From: Alphaproteobacteria bacterium
Lineage (GTDB): Bacteria > Pseudomonadota > Alphaproteobacteria > Rhizobiales > Hyphomicrobiaceae
Assembly: GCA_018830445.1 (NCBI GenBank)
Contig: JAHJSN010000036.1
Location: 2,096-66,095, forward strand
Direction: 5' to 3'
Length of the DNA stretch: 64,000 nucleotides
Numbering within the stretch: position 1 is the stretch's first letter; each line of letters opens with the position of its first letter. This document shows positions 58,401-64,000 of the stretch, one piece after another. Under the pieces are notes generated by a model that had not been told where the DNA came from, did not search any database, and saw only the letters and a program-made list of their open reading frames with translations. The position numbers were made by a program, and so were the translations under genes.

Positions 58401-59549
58401 ATGGCCAAGCGGGATTATTATGAGGTTCTGAACGTCGGGCGCGGAGCGTCCGATCAGGACCTCAAGTCCGCTTATCGCAAGCTCGCCAAGAAGTTTCACC
58501 CCGATGCAAACCCTGGCGATACCGAAGCTGAGCAGAAGTTCAAGGAAGTCAGCGAAGCCTACGAAGCCCTGAAAGACCCCCAGAAGCGCGCCGCCTACGA
58601 TCAGTTCGGCCACGCCGCTTTCGAAGGCGGTCGCGGCCCCGGCGGCCCGGGCGGGTTCGGCCCCGATTTCGCGTCTTCGATGTCCGACATTTTCGACGAT
58701 TTGTTCGGCGAATTCATGGGCGGACGGCGCGGCGGCGGAGGACGCCGCGGTGGCCACGAGCGCGGTTCGGACCTGCGCTACAACATGTCGATCAGCCTGA
58801 GCGAGGCGTTCACCGGCAAGTCTGCGCAGATCCGCGTGCCGACCAGCGTCACCTGCGAGAAATGCGAAGGCACCGGCGCCAAGCCCGGCACCAAACCGGT
58901 CACCTGCCCGACCTGCCACGGCGCTGGGAAGATCCGCGCCAGCCAGGGCTTTTTCACCATCGAGCGACCATGCCCGACCTGCCACGGCCGCGGCGAAACC
59001 ATCAGTGACCCCTGCGCGTCATGCAGCGGAGCTGGCCGTGTCGTCAAGGAGCGCACGCTTTCGGTGAACATTCCCGCCGGCGTCGAGGATGGCACACGCA
59101 TTCGCCTGGCAGGCGAAGGCGAAGCGGGCTTGCGCGGCGGCCAGACCGGCGACCTTTACATCTTTCTTTCGATCGAGCCGCACGCAATCTTCCAGCGCGA
59201 CGGCTCCGACATCTTCTGCCGGGTGCCGATCTCCATGACCACCGCCGCACTCGGCGGTCAGATCGAGGTGCCGACAGTCGAAGGCACGATCTCGCGCGTC
59301 AAGATCCCCGAAGCGACCCAGAGCGGCAAGCAGTTCCGCCTGAAAGGCAAAGGCATGCCGGTACTGCGCTCCAAGCTCACCGGCGACATGTACATCCAGG
59401 TCGAAGTCGAAACGCCGACCAACCTGTCGAAGCGCCAGCGCGAACTCCTCGAGGAATTCCAGAAACTGAGCGACACCGGCACCAGCCCCGAGAGCCAGAG
59501 CTTCTTCGACCGCATGAAGGGATTGTTTGACGGCGGCAGGACAGGCTGA
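58401..59549 (+). CDS. dnaJ: Molecular chaperone DnaJ (Hsp40)
   Basis: J domain (KRDYYEVL...[11 protein letters not shown]), a G/F-rich region and four CxxCxGxG zinc motifs. Confidence 0.98.
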   Translation: MAKRDYYEVLNVGRGASDQDLKSAYRKLAKKFHPDANPGDTEAEQKFKEVSEAYEALKDPQKRAAYDQFGHAAFEGGRGPGGPGGFGPDFASSMSDIFDDLFGEFMGGRRGGGGRRGGHERGSDLRYNMSISLSEAFTGKSAQIRVPTSVTCEKCEGTGAKPGTKPVTCPTCHGAGKIRASQGFFTIERPCPTCHGRGETISDPCASCSGAGRVVKERTLSVNIPAGVEDGTRIRLAGEGEAGLRGGQTGDLYIFLSIEPHAIFQRDGSDIFCRVPISMTTAALGGQIEVPTVEGTISRVKIPEATQSGKQFRLKGKGMPVLRSKLTGDMYIQVEVETPTNLSKRQRELLEEFQKLSDTGTSPESQSFFDRMKGLFDGGRTG

Positions 59550-59690
59550 CCCGAATTGCGAAGTGAACCGGCAAATGCTGAAAACCGTACAAAAGGTCCA
59601 AGTGAAATTGTCCTCCATGACCAGATGCGGAAAATCATGCTGCGATCGCCAAAACCTCGATCCACTTTCCAGAAGTTGCACGCAGTACCG

Positions 59691-60149
59691 ATGATTGTCA
59701 GGGTCTTCGCTCTGTCGGCATTGACTGTTTTCTCCAGTCTCGGCTTGACCGCCCCCTCAGCCGCGCAGAAAGCGGTGCAGGCGCCGCCCACCGAAGAGCC
59801 CAAAATGCCGGACATGTCTCAATTGGAATTCGGCAAACTTCTCCTCACCCAGCGGTGCGCCAATTGCCACGGCACAGCCGCCGGTGAGGATCGCTTCGCG
59901 GCACCGTTGCATCATCTGTTCGGGCGCATGCCGGGATCGATTGAAGGCTACACCTTCTCGAACAACATGAAGAATATCACGACGCCGTGGACTGCCCGCA
60001 CGCTCGACAACTGGCTGGCCCAGACGACCTTCGATACACCCGACATTCGCATGCGCCATGTCGGCATAACCAAGCATGATCAACGATCCGCCGTTATTGC
60101 CTACTTGAAGACCCTTGCCGGCAATTCGGCTTCGCCCGATGCGCAATAG
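59691..60149 (+). CDS. Class I c-type cytochrome (c2-like), exported
   Basis: Signal peptide MIVRVFALSALTVFSSLGLTAPSAAQ and a heme site CANCHG. Upstream in-frame ATGs (59625, 59637) are possible starts. Confidence 0.75.
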   Translation: MIVRVFALSALTVFSSLGLTAPSAAQKAVQAPPTEEPKMPDMSQLEFGKLLLTQRCANCHGTAAGEDRFAAPLHHLFGRMPGSIEGYTFSNNMKNITTPWTARTLDNWLAQTTFDTPDIRMRHVGITKHDQRSAVIAYLKTLAGNSASPDAQ

Positions 60150-60175
60150 CCTGGCAAACCGGCGACTGAATCGTC

Positions 60176-60493
60176 TTAACGGTGCCCGCCATGGCTGCCG
60201 TCGTCTTGCCTGAACCCGGCGCAAATATCCTGCACTCGCGTGTCATGGCCGATAAACTGGCAGATTTCCCGCTTGGTATTCGGGTTGTTGCGAATTGCGT
60301 GAGCGCTGACCTTGCTGCCGTATCCGCGGGCAACGCTGGCGAGGTAGTTGTCGCCGCAATACGGTGTCGCAATTTCGTTGCCCTGAACGATCTGCCAGGG
60401 TCCATTGCAGCGGATTTTCGCGACCGCGCCGGATGGCCAGGCAGCAACCGTCGCGATTAAAACAGCACCCGCAATGCTCAGTGTAAGTTTCAT
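60176..60493 (-). CDS. Small exported Cys-containing protein of unknown function
   Basis: MKLTLSIAGAVLIATVAAWPSGAVA signal peptide and 4 Cys in the mature part. GAGG lies upstream of ATG 60493. Confidence 0.55.
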   Translation of the reverse strand: MKLTLSIAGAVLIATVAAWPSGAVAKIRCNGPWQIVQGNEIATPYCGDNYLASVARGYGSKVSAHAIRNNPNTKREICQFIGHDTRVQDICAGFRQDDGSHGGHR

Positions 60494-61054
60494 GGTTCCG
60501 CCTCTTAGAGCTTGATGCACCGGTTTTCCGGGCCCTTGACTGTAATGGTCGCGCTCCAATGCGCGGCTTGCAACAAAACAAGTCGAGACAAGGTCTCACA
60601 CCTGCGTGACGTCGGCATCTCGGACGGACTTCAACATGTAATCCGCCCGAGCCGCTACCTTGGGTTGGCAGCAGGAACTACCGGAACACGAACACCGCAA
60701 GGCGGTTCGCGCCAGCCGGGTCTCAGTGAGCCCGGACATATGGCTTCTTACTCAAGGAAGCCGTCGGCTATCCGACGTTCGCGGCAAAACTAAAGCGGCC
60801 CCGGCAAGTTATCGAGCCCGGATGACAACTTGCCGAAGCCGGACCAATATGCGCCAAGCTCCACGACAAACTGCAAAGGTTGCGCAGGCTTTCATTTGCC
60901 GGCTCGGTAAGTCCCCACTTCGTCAGCCCAAATGCCGCAAGCCCCGTGACGTCAACGCGACATGGCCTTAAGACTTCCCGCCTGACGTTGGAGCATTCGT
61001 ATTCGCACACCCCGATGTCGATACCGGCACGCAAATGAGACTTGAGGGAAAACA

Positions 61055-62758
61055 ATGGGACGCCTCGCCAGACCGCTGGAGAATTTACGCCAACGCTACG
61101 ACGTCATCGTCGTCGGCTCTGGCTATGGCGGGGCCGTCTCTGCTTCCCGCCTGGCCCGCGCCGGCAAAAAGGTGGCCGTCCTGGAGCGCGGCCGCGAGTT
61201 TGTCACTGGCGAGTTCCCCGCTCGCTTTCCCGAGTTGCGCAGCGAACTGCGGCTCACCGGCAAGTCGATGACTTCGGGTTCCGCGACTGCATTGTTCGAC
61301 CTGCGCATCGGCGAGGACATCCATGTGCTCGTCGGCTGTGGCCTCGGCGGCGGCTCGCTAATCAATGCCGGCGTCTGCCTGCGACCCGACCCGCGCGTTT
61401 TCGGTGACGAAGTCTGGCCGGGCCAGATCCGTCAGGACGGACTGCTCGATGAGGGTTACCGCCGCGCTGAAGCATGGGTGCGCCCGGCAACGCACCCGCG
61501 CGCAGCCGAAATGAGAAAGTACCAGGCCATCGCCGGCGCAGCCGAGGCGACCGGTTGCACCATGCGCGACACGCCCGTCGCCGTCAGCTTCGATGAAAAC
61601 GTCAATCCAGCCGGCGTGCGCCAGCCCGCATGCACCTCCTGCGGAGACTGTTGCTCGGGTTGCAACGTCGGCGCCAAGAATACCGTCGCACTGAGCTACC
61701 TTCCCGACGCCGTGCGCCACGGCGCCGAGATCTTCACCGAAGTCAGCGTCGAACGCGTTTTGCAACGCCCCGGCGGCGGTTGGCGGATCGAGGCCGCCCG
61801 CTCCGGAACCAAGCCGGGCGACAGGAGTGCCGTTAGCGGCAGGCTCGCGATCGAGGCGGATGTCGTCATCGTCGCTGCCGGCACGCTGGGTTCGACCGAG
61901 ATCTTGCTGCGCTCCGCCGAGGCCGGACTGCCCGTCTCCGATCGTTTGGGCAAACGCTTCTCCGCAAACGGCGATATCATCGCCTTCGGCTACGGCGGCA
62001 AGGAAACCGTCAACGCCATCGGCATCGGTCATCCTGCAAAGATCGAGGGCTTTGACGTCGGCTCGGCCGTGACCGGCCAGCTCGAATATCGCGATGCCGA
62101 AAACCTCGACCTGGAATATGCCATCCAGGACGGAGCGCTTCCCTCTCCCATCGCCCCCGCTCTCCCGGTGATGTTCCTGCCGAACGGCCGCCTTCTCGGT
62201 GCCGTGCAAAGCCTCATCAGCGGCGTCTACAAGGGCCCGTTCTCGCGCCTTCAAACGTTCTTCGCGGTATCCCACGACAGCGCTTCCGGTGAGTTCCGGC
62301 TTGATGGCGGAAGGCTCGCACTTGTCTGGCCGGATGCCAAGGACGAACCCGTCTATAAGCGTCTGGGTGCCGCGCTCTCCGCCGTTTCCGCGCACGTCGG
62401 CGGATCGTATGTGCAAAACCCGCTTGCCGGAACGGTGATGGGCAGCCAGCCCGCCACCGCCCATCCCCTTGGCGGCTGTGGCATGGGCGTGGATCGCTTG
62501 AGCGGCGTCGTCGATCACGGCGGCCGCGTCTTCGACGCTTCGACCCCAGCGAACACGACCGCCGTTCACGAAGGCCTTTATGTCATCGACGGCTCGATAA
62601 TTCCCCGCTCGCTCGGCGTCAACCCGCTTCTCACGATCACGGCACTCGCCGAACGAGCGATGCTCAACATGCGCGCCGATTACGGCCTATCGTTCAACGC
62701 TGATGCGACCGTCCCCGCGATGCCCGCGGACGTTTCGGCACCCGCCAGGTTCGGGTAG
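61055..62758 (+). CDS. GMC-family FAD-dependent oxidoreductase (cholesterol-oxidase-like)
   Basis: N-terminal Rossmann motif YDVIVVGSGYGGAVSASRLARAG.KV.VLERG and a C-terminal GMC motif HPLGGC.MG......VVD..G.V.......LYV.DGS..P...GVNP..TI.A.AER. Confidence 0.88.
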   Translation: MGRLARPLENLRQRYDVIVVGSGYGGAVSASRLARAGKKVAVLERGREFVTGEFPARFPELRSELRLTGKSMTSGSATALFDLRIGEDIHVLVGCGLGGGSLINAGVCLRPDPRVFGDEVWPGQIRQDGLLDEGYRRAEAWVRPATHPRAAEMRKYQAIAGAAEATGCTMRDTPVAVSFDENVNPAGVRQPACTSCGDCCSGCNVGAKNTVALSYLPDAVRHGAEIFTEVSVERVLQRPGGGWRIEAARSGTKPGDRSAVSGRLAIEADVVIVAAGTLGSTEILLRSAEAGLPVSDRLGKRFSANGDIIAFGYGGKETVNAIGIGHPAKIEGFDVGSAVTGQLEYRDAENLDLEYAIQDGALPSPIAPALPVMFLPNGRLLGAVQSLISGVYKGPFSRLQTFFAVSHDSASGEFRLDGGRLALVWPDAKDEPVYKRLGAALSAVSAHVGGSYVQNPLAGTVMGSQPATAHPLGGCGMGVDRLSGVVDHGGRVFDASTPANTTAVHEGLYVIDGSIIPRSLGVNPLLTITALAERAMLNMRADYGLSFNADATVPAMPADVSAPARFG

Positions 62759-62843
62759 CATTTGCCCAGCGGAACTGCCGCCGAATTCGCGGCAGATGTA
62801 AGCAATCGAATGTCGTCGCAATCTTCCTGAAACCCGCCGCCGT

Positions 62844-63506
62844 TCAACCTGTGTTGCTGTCCGCGCGTCCGTGCGTTTGCACGTAGAGCGCCGCTTCGGT
62901 GCGGTTGCGCACCTGCAGTTTCTGCAGGATGTTGGTGACGTAGTGCTTCACCGTTTTTTCTTTGATCTCCAGATTGTCGCCGATTTCCTTGTTGCTCATG
63001 CCTTTGCCGATGAGCCGCAGAATCTGGATTTCTCGGTGCGTGAGATGTGAAAGCGGCACCGGTTCGTCGCCGCGCAGCTCTGCGGATTGATCCAGGTCGA
63101 CGAGCAGCTTGATGGCCAGCGCAGGCGAAAGATAAGACCCCCCCTCGTGAACCGATCGGACGATCTCGACAAGCGCGGCTCCGCCGACTCCCTTGAGGAC
63201 GTAGCCGCGGGCACCGAGTCGTAGCGCATTTGAAACGGCGTCGTGGTCCTCTCGCACGGTCAGCATGACGACCTTCACAGCCGGCGCAGCGTCGGCAATC
63301 TCGCCGATGGCCACGAGCCCCGACCCTGGCATGTTCATGTCGAGCAGCAGGACGTCGGGCAGTTCGTCGACCGCCAGCCTGACCGCTTCATCCTTCGATC
63401 CGCCTTCGCCGACGATGTCCATGCCGGCGGCGCTAAGCGTGCGGACGACCCCCTCACGAAGCATTGGGTGATCGTCGACAACTGCCACCCTGATCCGATC
63501 AGACAT
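62844..63506 (-). CDS. NarL/FixJ-family response regulator (REC + LuxR HTH)
   Basis: IRVAVVDDHPMLREG, the phospho-acceptor context DVLLLDMNMPG and a C-terminal LuxR HTH LTHREIQILRLIGKGMSNKEIGDNLEIKEKTVKHYV.NIL.KL. Confidence 0.93.
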   Translation of the reverse strand: MSDRIRVAVVDDHPMLREGVVRTLSAAGMDIVGEGGSKDEAVRLAVDELPDVLLLDMNMPGSGLVAIGEIADAAPAVKVVMLTVREDHDAVSNALRLGARGYVLKGVGGAALVEIVRSVHEGGSYLSPALAIKLLVDLDQSAELRGDEPVPLSHLTHREIQILRLIGKGMSNKEIGDNLEIKEKTVKHYVTNILQKLQVRNRTEAALYVQTHGRADSNTG

Positions 63507-64000
63507 AACCGAACTCCTCAACCTCGTGCTCAATGGGGATCCGCGCCGTCAGGCGTGTCCCAGACATCACGCTACTCTTGACCTCCAGTTGACCGTGCAG
63601 AATCTGTATTCGTTCTTTGAGCCCCACCAAGCCCAGTTGCCCTTGATTAATGACGGCATCGATCATGAAGCCCGGACCTTTGTCGCTGACCTCGATAACC
63701 AAAAGGTCGTCTATGATATCTGCTCTGACCTTCTGACCTTGGCCGCCTGCGTGACGCGTCGCATTGTTTAGGCCTTCCTGCACCAGCCTGTAGGCTGTGC
63801 CCTTAATGGCATGCGGAACCGTCTCAGGCAGGCCGTAGCCCAATTCAAGATCAACCGGCGTGCCTGTCCTTTGGCGATGGGCACGAACAGCGCTGTTGAT
63901 GGTAGCCGCCAGCGTAAGCGGTTCCAGTTCTGGCAGCGAAAGCCCAGCCGATAGGTTGCGGATTTCTCCCAGCGCTTCTTGCAGGGCTTCCCGGATCGCC
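63499..64000 (-). CDS. Sensor histidine kinase, HisKA_3/HATPase_c type (partial; N-terminus lies beyond the window end)
   Basis: The frame is open to the window edge. It contains the N-box RLVQEGLNNATRHA, the G1 box VSDKGPGF and the G2 box GLVGLKERI. Its stop overlaps the response regulator start (ATGTCTGA). Confidence 0.88.
   Translation of the reverse strand, partial: AIREALQEALGEIRNLSAGLSLPELEPLTLAATINSAVRAHRQRTGTPVDLELGYGLPETVPHAIKGTAYRLVQEGLNNATRHAGGQGQKVRADIIDDLLVIEVSDKGPGFMIDAVINQGQLGLVGLKERIQILHGQLEVKSSVMSGTRLTARIPIEHEVEEFGYV

Overview
High-GC chromosomal segment that looks alphaproteobacterial (Hyphomicrobiales-like gene order; this is inference). Most of it is core housekeeping. 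In order: two cyclophilins, ychF, pth, rplY and prs; pgeF; a phasin-like gene, a P-type ATPase and phaC; an FnrN/FnrL-type regulator next to a complete cbb3 oxidase cluster (ccoNOQP-ccoGHIS) with a perfect FNR box; cysD and a cysN/cysC fusion; cobB; rRNA methyltransferases; gluQ; alkA-like and alkB repair genes; the hemW-rdgB-VOC-rph block; hrcA-grpE and dnaK-dnaJ; a GMC oxidoreductase; and a NarL-type two-component pair. No rRNA, tRNA or CRISPR array was seen. An accessory-looking stretch at about 28.6-36.5 kb holds an ABC-exporter-like membrane protein without an ATPase domain, an RTX serralysin-type metalloprotease and a class I methyltransferase. It also holds the best candidate for an undescribed system: a minus-strand three-gene operon (34995 to 31586) encoding a pentapeptide-repeat protein, a 496-aa protein whose C-terminus reads like a divergent DisA_N/diadenylate-cyclase (DAC) fold, and a translationally overlapping adenosine-deaminase-fold enzyme. 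Other points worth a second look: palindromic repeat elements with GTGTTGG/CCAACAC or CTAG-GTGTTC arms, including a 39-bp in-frame tandem expansion inside pgeF and a 74-bp tandem array in the dnaK leader; a 1.1-kb gene-free, strand-skewed, motif-rich region with a perfect CtrA box; an AT-rich island; an RdgB with a 90-aa C-terminal extra domain; and a SEC-C-motif small gene that appears frameshifted. All functional calls come from motif reading of the supplied translations. No database search was run.
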